Of a stretch of 61,276 nt of DNA, positions 1 to 11,856 are shown piece by piece. Where the stretch lies: the NCBI RefSeq assembly GCF_006345805.1, contig NW_021833835.1, positions 1-61,276 on the forward strand, given 5' to 3'. Made by a program: the position numbers and the translations under genes. The notes under the pieces were generated by a model. The model worked only from the letters and a program-made list of their open reading frames with translations, ran no database searches and was not told the DNA's origin. Positions within the stretch are counted from its first letter, which is position 1; every line of letters begins with the position of its first letter. This stretch comes from Octopus sinensis. Its lineage: Eukaryota.

Positions 1-279
1 AATGGTTTCAATTTATGTCATTCTGAGAGGATTAGTTCCAGGTCGGCCTGAATCGGCTTCATCTATGGTCAAAGTCGATCCATCTGTGACCTTCATTTGA
101 TTGTGTATATCGAGGAGTACATCATCTTATTTCATGTTTCTGTTTCCTTAAGACGGTAGAATGCGATTTAAGGGAATTCAGGTGCTATATGTAGCGGATC
201 GATCTATTGCTTTGTGTTGGATGAGGAGAGCTGGAACAGACAGAGAAACAGAGAAAAGGAGTGAGTAAGAGTGAGAGAA

Positions 280-334
<55 letters not shown>

Positions 335-807
335 CACACACGCATACAAAACACACACAAACACATACGCTAACAAAAGAATACACATACAGGCTAATTA
401 TGACTACAGAATACATTCGAATACGTAAAAACACCTAAAATACATATACACGCATACACATAAGACCAAATACAAATACACAAACACACACATATAGCAG
501 CGTGTGTGTTTGCTATATGCAAACATACATACACGCGCAAACATACATACACAAACGTATACACACGCAAACACACACATACACAAACACACACGCAAAA
601 ACATGCGCACGCAGACATACACACACATACACACACACACATGCAATCACACATATCCATATACACAAACTCACATAAACTTTCACACACATTCACACAC
701 AAACCTACAAACACACACACACACACACACACATGCAATTACACATATCCACATTCAGAAACTCCCCTAAACTTTCACACACCTTCACACACAGACCTAC
801 CTACAAA

Positions 808-839
<32 letters not shown>

Positions 840-1198
840 TGCAACACTCATATCCACATTCACAAACTCACATAAATGTTCACGCACAAACCTAAACACA
901 CACACACACACACACACTCACAAAATCACACATATACTCATTGACAAACACGTACATGCGTACATATACTAATTGCCAAACGAGTCAACCAAGTATATCG
1001 TCTTCATACAAATATATCATCTCTCTCATATCTCAGACATTCTTTCGCTAAAAAAAATTCTTCTCCGACATCGATTCTATTCGTGTCTTTCATTCTTTAG
1101 ATATATTATCATTAAGTCTCGACAAGTTGTTGTTGCTATTGTTGTGGTTTTGGGGGTGGTGTTGAAAGTAATATTACTTGTTTGGTACGTTATTTGCA

Positions 1199-1305
<107 letters not shown>

Positions 1306-1448
1306 AATATAATATATATATATATTATATATTATATATATATATATATATGTATGTATATAGGGGGAATTCACAAATATACTGAAGACGAAGATAGCTG
1401 GTGTAGACATAAAACAGATGTTAGTTTAACCCTCGGGAAGTGAAAAAA

Positions 1449-1486
1449 TCTTTAACGTTTCGAGCCTACGCTCTTCCACAGAAAGA
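1449..1486 (-). ncRNA. Minimal hammerhead-ribozyme-like motif (Penelope-type, core variant)
   Basis: Minus strand reads TCTTT CTGTGGA A GAGC-gtag-GCTC GAAA CG TT AAAGA: stem I TCTTT/AAAGA, stem II GAGC/GCTC, GAAA box, palindromic AACGTT stem III. The core deviates from CUGANGA. Confidence 0.55.
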
Positions 1487-1524
1487 AACATGGAGAGAAA
1501 ATAAAGTAAGAACACAACTCAGGT

Positions 1525-1603
1525 TTGCCAGCTGGGTAGACTGGAGCAACGTGAAAAATAAAATGCTTCACTCAAGGACACAAGTCGTCGCCAGGAATTG
1601 AAC
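1525..1603 (-). mobile_element. Fragment of tRNA-derived SINE (same head as 19769-20096)
   Basis: Aligns by eye with 19965-20040 (gccagctg..gactggagcaacgtgaaa..ctcaaggacacaa..gtcgcc.ggaat.gaac). Confidence 0.6.
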
Positions 1604-1654
1604 AGTGAATACTGTGAACTGATTCAATGGGTATTTACACCTATTCATCCCCAA

Positions 1655-1992
1655 CAGTAGTTCTCAACTGTGGTCCATATGGCCCCTGAGGGTCCAGATA
1701 AGATTATTAGGGGTCCAGGCAAGAAAATACTAACTGGGGATCCACAATGGTATCTTTAGGACACCTGAACATTTTTTGCCCAAGATGTATTTGTATGTTT
1801 GCAAGGAACAGCTAGGTTTCTTTCTCTAATGTTTCCCATAGTTCAATCTACACAAGTTAATGAGTGAAAAACAAAATAGGAATTTTGAAAGAAGTCTCTA
1901 TAGAATTAGTTCCTAAACATCGAATGGCTATGGTGGACCATCGGAATGAATATTAATCAAAGGAGCCCATAATAAATGCTTCTGAACCCCTA
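1655..1992. mobile_element. Non-autonomous hAT (Charlie-like) MITE, decayed
   Basis: Left end CAGTAGTTCTCAAC, degenerate right end ..TGAACCCCTA. Flanks ATCCCCAA / ATCTACAA match 6/8, like an 8-bp TSD. Confidence 0.5.
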
Positions 1993-2410
1993 ATCTACAA
2001 CAAGAAATTTTCTTCATAATAAAATACAGTGAATATCCTTCAAGTATATTTGAACGGGTAACAAGTTTGTCGTACAAATGCTAAAATTGGAACGACATAT
2101 ATACATATAATGGTTCCGAAATCTTTTGGTTCTTTATAATGAGTTTCAATTACAATTCGGACATGGATATTTTTGGTTGGAGACGCTCACCATTACTCAG
2201 CGTATAGACCTTTATTTTCGTGTTGCTTCTTAGTGCAAACTGAACAGGTTTTCCATATCTTTTAATCCTCCGCCAACAGTAAGAACGCCAAAATGAACGA
2301 CGGATAACAATATCTTCTTTACTTGAGTTGATATTTCTTTTATTTAAAATGGTAAAAAAGTCTTCAGCTGTTCTAGAATCGCTCCGTTTGTTCTTCAACC
2401 AGACATTGAT

Positions 2411-2748
2411 TACTCTTTTACTTGTTTCAGTCATTTGACTGTGGCCATGCTAGAGCACTGCCTTTATTCGAGAAAACCGACCCCAGGACTTATTTTTTGG
2501 AAGCCTAGTACTATTCTATCGGTCTCTTTTGCCGAACTGCTAAGTTACGGGGACGTAAACACACCAGCATCGGTTGTCAAGCGATGTTGGGGAGACAAAC
2601 AAGACACACAAACATATACACACACATACATACATCTACCAAATCTACTCACAAGGCTTTGGCCGGCCCGAAGTGCCACTCAATGGGACTGAACCCGTAA
2701 CCATGTGGTCGGTAAGCAAGGTACTTACCACACAGCCACCCCTATACC
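2411..2748 (-). mobile_element. tRNA-derived SINE family A (internally deleted copy)
   Basis: Homologous to 25028-25429 and 36382-36785; tRNA-like head (GTGGCTGTGTGGTAAG..GGGTTCAGTCCC on minus) and AGTAAAAG tail. Confidence 0.85.
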
Positions 2749-3684
2749 TTGGTGATCATACTGTCAGTTTTATATATTCATATGCACACTGTGTGATTTG
2801 ACGGTGATTTAACTGCTATTACCAGCCGGTTAATCGACCACATAGGTAACACCTTGTTGTTATTGCTGTTATTGTTCTTTAGCTCTGGGTTATTCATGGC
2901 AGAATAGATATTTGATCAAAGTCGTTCCCGCCATGATCCTCCAGTATTTTGTTCTAGAGTTAAAACGTACCGATTTATTTCATAAATCTATGTAGTCTTT
3001 GGTAGAAGGATTTTCGAGACGGTAGGTTATGGCTTAACGGAGATTTGGCTGCTCTCTCTAACAGACTGAACAACCTGCTTAGAGGCTCCTGGTTACCCTT
3101 GTTGCTGGTTTATGATTGAACTGTTGGTGGTGGCGGCAGTGGTGGTGGAATGTTTGGTAATGATATTAACGATGATGATGATGAAGATGATGATGGTACT
3201 GGTGCTGGTGAAGGAGGTAGTTGTGGCGGTGGCACACGTGGTGGTGGAAATGGTGGCTTTGGGGGTCGGCGCTGACAGTGGTGTTGGTTCTAACGACTAT
3301 AATGAAGGTGATGAGAAATATCTTGCTCCTGTTGATAGTTGAAGATTAAATTGATGTACGATGTTGTTGATGCCGTTATTGTCATTGCTGTTGTTGTTGT
3401 TGTTGTTGTTGATGAAGATTAAGATATTCTTGTGGCTGTTGATGTTGTTTTCCTTTGGTGTTCATTTCGGTGTTGCGTCGAAGCCCCTGATATCTTTGAG
3501 GATCAGCGAAATTTGCCTTATGTACTTCTTATATACGTGTGTATGTGTACGTACGGGTGTTTTATATATACATACACATACGCGCGCACGCACACACACA
3601 CACACATACACACACACACACACATACACCACACACACACACACACCACACACACACATATATACACACACTGACACACACATA

Positions 3685-3890
3685 TTCTTTTATTCGCTTA
3701 CTTGTTTCAGTCATTAGGCACACTGCCTTGTAGAACTTTTAGTCGAATGACTCTCCGCCAGTTCTGTTTTTAACCCTAGTACATTTTCTACAGGTTTTTT
3801 TTGTCGAACCTCTAGGTTACGTGAACGTAAACACACCAACACAGGTTGTCGAACTGTGATGAGGACCAACACAGATACAAGTACACAAAC
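3685..3890 (-). mobile_element. SINE family A, 3' part (diverged)
   Basis: Matches the family A tail (ttacttgtttcagtcatt..ctagtac..gtaaacacacc). Confidence 0.7.
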
Positions 3891-4454
3891 ATCACACACA
3901 CACACATGTTTATATATATATATTTATATATTTTCCGAATTTGTGTAAATATGTGTAGAATAATATATCAGTTGAATAAAGTTAAAACATGGTCTGGTTT
4001 TCACATTTTTTATTATAGTATTTAAAAAACATTTTCACAATGTTGAAGTGTGTTAAATATTAAAAAAATTTTTGTAATCTTCATAAAGTTCAATTTGCGC
4101 TTTTATACGTTCGTAGTAATCACCAGATTTCAAAATGTATTTAACTGACAGATGAATTCTTGACAATTGTGGTAAAATTACTGATTCCTTTCTTTTTATA
4201 CCTCTGAAAAGGCTCCAACAAGCTGAATATTTGGAATACCATTTTGACCAATCCGCATGCAGCTTAAACATCACAGTTCGCTGGAACCAATTAGCTTGCT
4301 GTTTACATGTAATGGTTTTATGAGTGAGCAAACTTCACTGATTTCGATCGTTTTTATTTCAAGTTGGTGGGAGTCTTCTTATAATTTGTTTATATTCGTA
4401 TGCTAAAAATATTTTTTAATCCACATCATTAACTGGCTGTTATGTTATTGTTGT

Positions 4455-5692
4455 TATTTCCGTTCATGGCAGGTTTGAACATTTTGATATACCGTGTTCA
4501 TTTTATCTTTCTTCCAACCTCACATGTATCGTGTAGTTTGTGGAAAAGAAACATTAGAAACATTTTCCTGACCACATGTTTCTATATGTTCATTCAATGG
4601 AATTTTGAGAACATTGGTGTTCCAGATTTGTTTTCTGTGGACTCGTGAACGTTCCGATAATGCATTCCCTGTCTCGCTAATATATAGTTCTTCACAATTC
4701 GGACATTTAATGCAGTAAATCAAATTTCTGTTTTTGCAGTTCAGATCTGCATTTGCAAAAAATCAGGTCCATTTTTTGTTCTAATGGATCTACCAGTATG
4801 CATGTATTGACAGGTTCCACATCTGTTAACATTACACTTGGATACAGTGCACGTTTTATCCCGTTCGTTTCATGTTATTTTGCCTTTGTTAATAGTTTCT
4901 TTAAGTTATGTCGTTGCCTTTTGCTTAAGATAAGTGTTTCATAATTTATTAAGCATTTAAAATTTTTCACTTTGTTTCATGATTGGCAAATTTGTTTGAT
5001 GCTGTTAAAAATGCTTTGGTGATGCGGATTGAGTCTTACTAAAAATGTATTGTGTGCCATTGATGGGTTCGTCCTTCTTGTGTTGCCTTAAGTTGTTCTA
5101 TAGGTATATCTTTTGGTTGTTGTATGCTATTTCTATTAGTAGAAGTGGGTAATTTTGCTTGAGCAGAAAACCTTTGAGTTCTATATCTCATACGTTCCTG
5201 GTATTTGGACCATCCACTATAGTACAGATTTTCCTGGCAAGAGAGTACGGGATGTTGCATTTTGTGTGTGTTGAGTGGCATGATCTGAAATTTAGGTACT
5301 GGTGTGTATCTGTGCTTTTGTAATAAACATCAATTCTGATTCTGGTGTTGTTTTTAATTACCATTATATCACGAAATGGTAATTGTGTGTTGTTCATTTC
5401 TCTTGTGAATTTGAGACTAGGGTGTGGATCATTGAGGAGTGTGCAGAATTCTTCCAGATTTTCTAGGGATTTGATCCAAATTAGAGAAGAAGCATCGGGG
5501 TACCTTTTCCACATGTCCTCTATATATCTTCTAATGGTTATGCCGTAGTTATCTCCAATTTTTTAAATATAGGTTTTGCTCCAAGTATCCCGATACTGAG
5601 TTCGTGAAAATTGGAGCAAATCGCATCTCCATAGCTGTGCCTCGAATTCCGAGGTAGTTTTTTCCGTTAAAGAGGAATGTATTGTTTTCGAA
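4455..5692 (-). mobile_element. Penelope-like retroelement, decayed RT + GIY-YIG endonuclease
   Basis: Minus-strand frames give NNTFLFNGKNYLGIRGTAMEMRFAP, WKRYPD (RYxDD site), HPSLKFT, LPFRDI, DVYYKSTDTHQYLNFRSCH..NIPYSLARKICTI, then LIYCIKCPNCEELYISETG (GIY-YIG). Multiple stops and frameshifts. Confidence 0.92.
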
Positions 5693-5740
5693 GATGTGAA
5701 TGATTCTGTGTATGTGTATCTGTCTGTGTATCTGTATGTT

Positions 5741-5793
<53 letters not shown>

Positions 5794-6065
5794 ATGCGTA
5801 TGTATGTACGTGAATGTGTGTGTGTGCATAATTATTTTATTTACATGATTTTTGCTTAACGTTGTTGTTCCTTTGTTACTGTTTTCTTGTGGTTGTTGCT
5901 GCTGCTGCTGTTGTTGCTGCGGATTGTGGATGTTATATCTGTGCGTGAAATAGTAATGACAGATTAGGGTTGTGAGATCTTAGCTGATACCCTGTAAATA
6001 ATTAAATAATTTGAAGAATATAGACAGACTGACAGACACATAGACGAGCAAAGAGACAGACCGCA

Positions 6066-6155
<90 letters not shown>

Positions 6156-6296
6156 GGGAAGTGAAAGAGAGAGAGAGAAAGATGGATAAATAGACGTAGA
6201 CAGATAAAGAAGAGGAAGAGAGAGTATATCTATAAATACCTATGTATATGTATATTATATAGATTATATATATATATGTATGTATACATATATATA

Positions 6297-6337
<41 letters not shown>

Positions 6338-6407
6338 AATATATATATATGTATATTGTATATAGATATATGTGCATATATATATATAATTATATATATA
6401 TATAAAC

Positions 6408-6541
6408 CAGCAAAAATATCACGAAAAGCGTTGCTCAGAGTTTCACGTTACCGTTTGTTTTGTCGGCCAGTTTTGTTTAGAAACTAAACAAACTGCCCGA
6501 CGAACGTGAAACTGTGTAACAGTCCTGTGATATATTTGCTA
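6408..6541. repeat. Degenerate fold-back (inverted repeat) with hammerhead-like remnant
   Basis: Arms pair imperfectly around ~6481. Right arm reads ACTG-C CCGACGA ACGT GAAA CTGTG TA A-CAGT (6492-6523). Flanked by (TA)n. Confidence 0.5.
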
Positions 6542-6627
6542 CTTTTTAATAGAGCATATTACTCTACCTCTTGTATTTGAGTACTATTTTTTCCACCTTG
6601 CTTCGCGCTTATGTGCTTACACTAGTG

Positions 6628-6663
<36 letters not shown>

Positions 6664-6710
6664 ATATATAATATATAATATATATATATAATATCTAATA
6701 TATATATATA

Positions 6711-6910
6711 TATTATATTAAATTAGAGACAAAGCCACTATTAGGCAAATCAAACAATGAAAAACTTAAGCCAATACATATGATTAATTTATATATTTAA
6801 ATATATAACAAAATTATTAAAAAAATATAATTAATATAATTATGTATTGGCTTAAGTTTTTCATTGTTTGATTTGCCTAATAGTGGGTTTGTCTCTAATT
6901 TAATATAATA
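6711..6910. repeat. Inverted repeat, 70-bp arms with AT-rich spacer
   Basis: 6711-6780 is the near-exact reverse complement of 6841-6910; embedded in (TA)n. Confidence 0.9.
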
Positions 6911-6988
6911 TAATATTTTACTATAAAATTGGATTCAATCCTAAATCTGATTTTTCCCTGTAAGTTTGGATTTATTCCCTAATATCTA

Positions 6989-7031
<43 letters not shown>

Positions 7032-7077
7032 TTATATATGGAAATATATATGCATATATATATATACATATATATTA

Positions 7078-7121
<44 letters not shown>

Positions 7122-7162
7122 ATATATACATATATACTTATATATATACATATATATATATA

Positions 7163-8326
7163 TTAGCATTAAAGACCCGTCGTTGCCGGGTCATAGTGCT
7201 AGTGCATGTATATATGTGTACATATTACATGTACATCTATATATATAAATCTACACATAAAATACAAAATACAAAGTATATCTTGATATCGCTAGTGATA
7301 ACAATACTTAAAATATATAACAGACTGGAATTGTTAGCCCGTCTCTTGTAATTTCGATCAATTGTATCTTGTCCTCCCTCTTGTATAGAAGTGTGGCTAC
7401 AATCCAGCCTACCTCTACTTCTGGGGGAAGGGGGCATTTAAAATTTTTTTATGGGACGTCCTACGTCCCAGATATTAAGGTAATAATAAAATATTTCCAC
7501 TTTGCAAGTTCGAGTCGAGTACTCCCTTGCACACTCCGTTGACTCGAACCTTGCTTCTATTGTGGCGAATTTACCGCCTCTGATTAGATATCTTTCATAG
7601 TCGCACCAAGACACTTTTCAAAGGTGCTTTCCTCCATGTGTTCAAATCTTTTTTCTCTACATTGTATACTTTATAGACAATAGTCTTTTCTTTAATTTAA
7701 TGTTTTATTATCCATCTGGACTATTCCATTTCTGCACGCTAATTTTATTTTTAATTTATTCCCATTCATGTGAAACCACTTATTCAAGTTCAAATCATTG
7801 ATGCAATTTTATACCAATTGCTATTTTTACTTTTGTTATGTTACGATTATATTATACTTTAGTTTTATTTTAATTATTACTTACTACATATAATTCAATT
7901 ATTATTATTTTTATTGTTAAAGTGAAAGCATCTGACATAAAGTAGATAAATATTTTTGCTTCACTTTTAACACGTAATACTGAAATATTGGAGAAGATAT
8001 GATATTGCTATGGGCTCGCTCTAGGCAAGAAGTTGAACATTGTTTTTTGCCCATGAAGCTATATGGACCCTAAGTAAGGCATGTATAAAATTTGAATGGA
8101 ATTGGTTGTGTAGTTCTCAAGTTTTAGGGAATCGTAGTGAAGAAGATATGATATTGCTGTGGGCTCGCCCTAGGCAAAAAGTTAACATTTTTTTTGCCGA
8201 TGACACTCCCCGGACCCTATGTAAGGCATGTGTAAAATTTGAATTAAATTGGTTGTGTAGTTCTCAAGTTTTAGGGAAACAGACAGACAGACAGATAGAC
8301 ACACATTCTCAATTTTATATATATAA

Positions 8327-8329
<3 letters not shown>
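7163..8329 (-). mobile_element. Non-autonomous Helitron-like element
   Basis: On minus: 5' A^TC TTTATATATATAAAA then (GTCT)n; 3' GC-rich hairpin GACCCG..CGGGTC followed by CTAA^T. Internal ~148-bp tandem duplication (~7992-8131 / ~8142-8278). Confidence 0.7.
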
Positions 8330-8370
<41 letters not shown>

Positions 8371-8388
8371 CACACACACGCACACACA

Positions 8389-8523
8389 CCGAGGTGGACT
8401 TCGCATTTCATTCTTTCGGGGTCGATAAATTAAGTGCCAGTTACGCACTGTGGCAATGTAATCGACTTAATCCGTTTGTCTGTCCTTGTTTGTCTGTGTT
8501 TCGCCCATTGTGGGTAGTAAAGT
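8389..8523 (+). mobile_element. SINE family B, 3' part
   Basis: Matches 52330-52473 (tttcat..tttcggggtcgataaattaagt..cagttacgcactg). Confidence 0.8.
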
Positions 8524-8534
8524 AATATATAGCT

Positions 8535-8774
8535 GTGATACGAGGAGATATTGATAAATCGGGTATAGCTGATCATGTATGCAAAAATGGAGACCCCCCC
8601 CCACTGTGGGATGAATTTAATATAATAGATAGGGAACATCACTGGAAAATACGAAAACTAAAAGAAGCAGCACATATGCTAGGACACAACAGCCTCCTAA
8701 GTAGACCGAATGCGGATATGAACAGCATATTGGAACCGGTATTAAGGAAGGATAGGAAAATATTATATTTATAA
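8535..8774 (+). pseudogene. C-terminal fragment of Penelope-like GIY-YIG endonuclease
   Basis: KSGIADHV..WDEFNIIDREHHWKIRKLKEAAHM..LLSRP matches the SxxAxH / WD..IL.RE....RxxKEA..I pattern of PLE endonuclease C-termini; 5'-truncated. Confidence 0.8.
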
Positions 8775-8803
8775 GCCCTAAAATCCAATCCATAATTTCC
8801 CAC

Positions 8804-8876
8804 GGGCATATATCGTAGTGGTTAAGTGCGTGGGCTACTAACCCTAAGATTCCGAGTTCGATTCCAAGCAGTGACC
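8804..8876 (+). promoter_or_regulatory. tRNA-like segment with Pol III A and B boxes (pseudo-tRNA / SINE head)
   Basis: A box TAGTGGTTAAG (8816-8826), anticodon-like arm GGG-CTACTAA-CCC, B box GAGTTCGATTCC (8854-8865). Acceptor stem decayed. Confidence 0.7.
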
Positions 8877-8942
8877 TGAATAATAATAATAACATCGAAA
8901 AATACCTTAGGAATGAGAACCCAGGTTAAAAATTTCCCCAAG

Positions 8943-8986
8943 ATCCATGATGGAGGCTGGCGGGTATATCAGCCGAAACATTGTGT
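8943..8986 (+). ncRNA. Degenerate Penelope-type hammerhead motif
   Basis: CATGATGGA GGCTG-gcgggtatat-CAGCC GAAA CATT. Perfect 5-bp stem II followed by GAAA, core mutated; lies downstream of a PLE ORF end. Confidence 0.5.
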
Positions 8987-9639
8987 TAACAACAAACAAG
9001 ATGAGGACAAATATCCGTCAAATGTAAATAATGTACATAATTCCTCATGTCTTAAATATAGAACTGTAAGATCTATATTTATTCCTAACGTCTCCTTCCG
9101 TTTACAAAGCAGAAGGCTGCGATTTTAAGGAGATTTCACTGCTATTACTCGCAGATCATGCTACAGTTAAGAAGCCCCCGTCATTAATGTCGTTTAGCGT
9201 TAGTCTAACCCTGATTCGCTAGACCTGTAAACAAAGACTTTGCAGTCGTCTTGTTTTGAGAGCGGCAAAGGATTTGGTGTCGGAACCTAAGGGCGTCTGT
9301 GTCGGAGGAGTTCGAGGGCGAAGGGGAGCAGTGGGAGAATGAAGATATGGGAGAGTGTTGATCCGAGATAAATTCATTGAATGAACGCGCGGCAGCTCTG
9401 ACGTTTGCTATTAGCTTGAAGAATTTAGAAAACGTTAGAGACATCAGATACAAATGTGTATGAGAGAGGTCGTCGATTGGCAGTGAGAGTGCATCTTATA
9501 TGTAAAAGAGAAGGAGAGAGTGAGTAATACCTTGGAAATAAAAATTTATTATAATGGTTGATTTATTCACTTGAGAGTGTTGTCTGTTTTGATCGGAAAG
9601 ACATAATGATTCAAAGCTAAGACATATCTTTTAATTTTT

Positions 9640-9840
9640 ATCATTTACGTGTTTCAGTCATTAGACTGCAGCCATGCTGGAGTTATCGCCTTGAATTTCT
9701 AGTCGTATGAATCGACCCCAATACTTATTTTTCAAGCCTGGTGGTAACTTATCCAATCGCTCTATTATGACAAACCGCTAAGTTACAGGGGCTCAACCGG
9801 TTGTCAAGCGGGGGCGGGAGGACAAGTACAGACACAAAGA
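9640..9840 (-). mobile_element. SINE family A, 3' part (diverged)
   Basis: tgtttcagtcattagactgcagccatgctggag..aatcgacccc..accgctaagttac matches family A. Confidence 0.75.
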
Positions 9841-10006
9841 CACACACTCAGGAACACACACATACATACACACATATGTATTTATGTATGATATATATAT
9901 ATTATATATATTATATATGTATAGGGTGAAAGGAACACACGAGTTGATATATATGAAAAAACAAGTCAAAAATAGAAAATGCTAAAATAATTTATAGTGA
10001 ACATTT

Positions 10007-10044
10007 CAGTACCGGTTTCGGTCATTTTGAGACCTTTTCAACTG
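10007..10044 (-). ncRNA. Minimal type I hammerhead ribozyme motif (left-arm copy)
   Basis: Exact reverse complement of 10282-10319. Confidence 0.75.
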
Positions 10045-10281
10045 TAACGATTAATAATTAAATTTAGAAAAATTAGAAGAAAAGTTTTTTTAAAAGAATA
10101 TTTCTATAGTAGTGTTCAGATTTAAGTGGCATTCTGCCTTTCTCTGACTCCTTGTTTGCAAGTGCAAACAAGGGAGTCAGAGAAAGGCAGAATGCCACTT
10201 AAATCTGAACACTACTATAGAAATATTCTTTTAAAAAAAACTTTTCTTCTAATTTTTCTAAATTTAATTATTTAATCGTTG

Positions 10282-10319
10282 CAGTTGAAAAGGTCTCAAA
10301 ATGACCGAAACCGGTACTG
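10282..10319 (+). ncRNA. Minimal type I hammerhead ribozyme motif (U3-A8 variant)
   Basis: CAG TTGAAAA GGTC-tcaaaat-GACC GAAA CCGG TA CTG: stem I CAG/CTG, stem II GGTC/GACC, palindromic ACCGGT stem III, GUA cleavage triplet. Confidence 0.75.
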
Positions 10320-10372
10320 AAATGTTCACTATAAAATGATTTTAGCATTTTCTATTTTTGACTTGTTTTTTC

Positions 10373-10422
<50 letters not shown>

Positions 10423-10683
10423 ATGTATATATATATATATGTGTGTTGTGTGTGTGTGTTGTGTATACATACATACTTAGATACCTATAGATATATAAGT
10501 AATATGCTATAATTATATACATAATCATAATGAAGGGTCAGCTAATTGCTTCACCACGTAGTACTGAATTAGAAATACATGCTAATGTCTTTTCAACTGC
10601 CATAAAAACTCCGAGAAAATAACACACTTTTTTGAATGTAGGCAAAAGGGAAAATGATGAATCGAATTCGACCGCAATTAATT

Positions 10684-10739
10684 ACAGACGCGTTTCGAAC
10701 TTAAAGTAAAACATAATCACCTTTTGTTCTCATCGGTGT
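10684..10739 (-). ncRNA. Minimal type I hammerhead ribozyme motif
   Basis: Minus: ACA CCGATGA GAAC-(25 nt)-GTTC GAAA CGCG TC TGT; palindromic ACGCGT stem III, GUC triplet. Confidence 0.72.
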
Positions 10740-10927
10740 TATAGCCAAATATAAATTTGCAAGTGTTGGAATAAATATGCACGCGATCAAGCGTCGTCGC
10801 GTGACTAACGTTTAACAACGCTTTCAAAGATATACAGTCGAATGTGATTCATACTTACCCTTTATACCTACGTGTGAGAAACGACCTATCCCGCAGAAAA
10901 CTGCACTTTCGATGACATACGTATATA

Positions 10928-11258
<331 letters not shown>

Positions 11259-11396
11259 ATTATATATATATATATATGTATTATTGTGTGTGTGTGTTTC
11301 ATGTCTCGTTTCTCTGTTTTTTTCGTTGTTCGAAAAATTCGTTTCCTGTTTTTGTATTTTGTTCTCGTTTCTCATTTTGCCTACGTGTTTATTATA

Positions 11397-11452
<56 letters not shown>

Positions 11453-11479
11453 TATATAATACATATATTTATATATATA

Positions 11480-11856
11480 AGAAGCTTACTTCCAAACCAC
11501 ATGGTTCCAGGTTCATTCCCATTGCGTGGCACCTACTATAGTCTCGGGCTGACCAAAGCCTTGGGAGTGGATTTGTTAAACGGAAACTGAAAGAAGCCCG
11601 TTGTATATATATATGTATGTATGCATGTATGTATGTATGTATATGTTTGTGTGTCTGTGTTTGTCACCTCACCATCGCTTGATAGCTGATATTGGTGTGT
11701 TTATGTTCCCGTAACGTAGCGGTTCGGCAAAAGAGAACGATAGAATAAGTACTAGGCTTACAAAGAATAAGTCATTGGATCGACTCGTTCCACTAAAGGC
11801 GGTGCTCCAGCATGGCTGCAGTCGAATGACTGAAACCAGTAAAAGAATAAAAGAAT
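11480..11856 (+). mobile_element. SINE family A, near full length
   Basis: Head fragment, cggaaactgaaagaagcccg, internal (TATG)n, tail aaaagaataaaagaat. Confidence 0.88.

Larger units (their letters stand above)
9947..10380. repeat. ~430-bp near-perfect palindrome (fold-back element)
   Basis: Arms 9947-10160 and 10163-10380 are reverse complements apart from a few mismatches and 1-nt indels; centre tttgca-ag-tgcaaa. Confidence 0.97.

Noticed and set aside
2150-2410. 94-aa minus ORF
   Set aside because: It starts inside a SINE tail; the remainder has only a faint Tc1/mariner-like look, too weak to call.
4053-4331. 92-aa minus ORF and a plus-strand CTGAAAA GGCT..AGCT GAAT motif at ~4204
   Set aside because: No recognisable domain and probably Penelope 3' region. 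The motif lacks an intact GAAA and stem I.
9226-9495. Possible minus-strand exon (good pyrimidine tract, open frame)
   Set aside because: The donor is weak and overlaps the old dispersed repeat. Alternative frames resemble a decayed LINE endonuclease.
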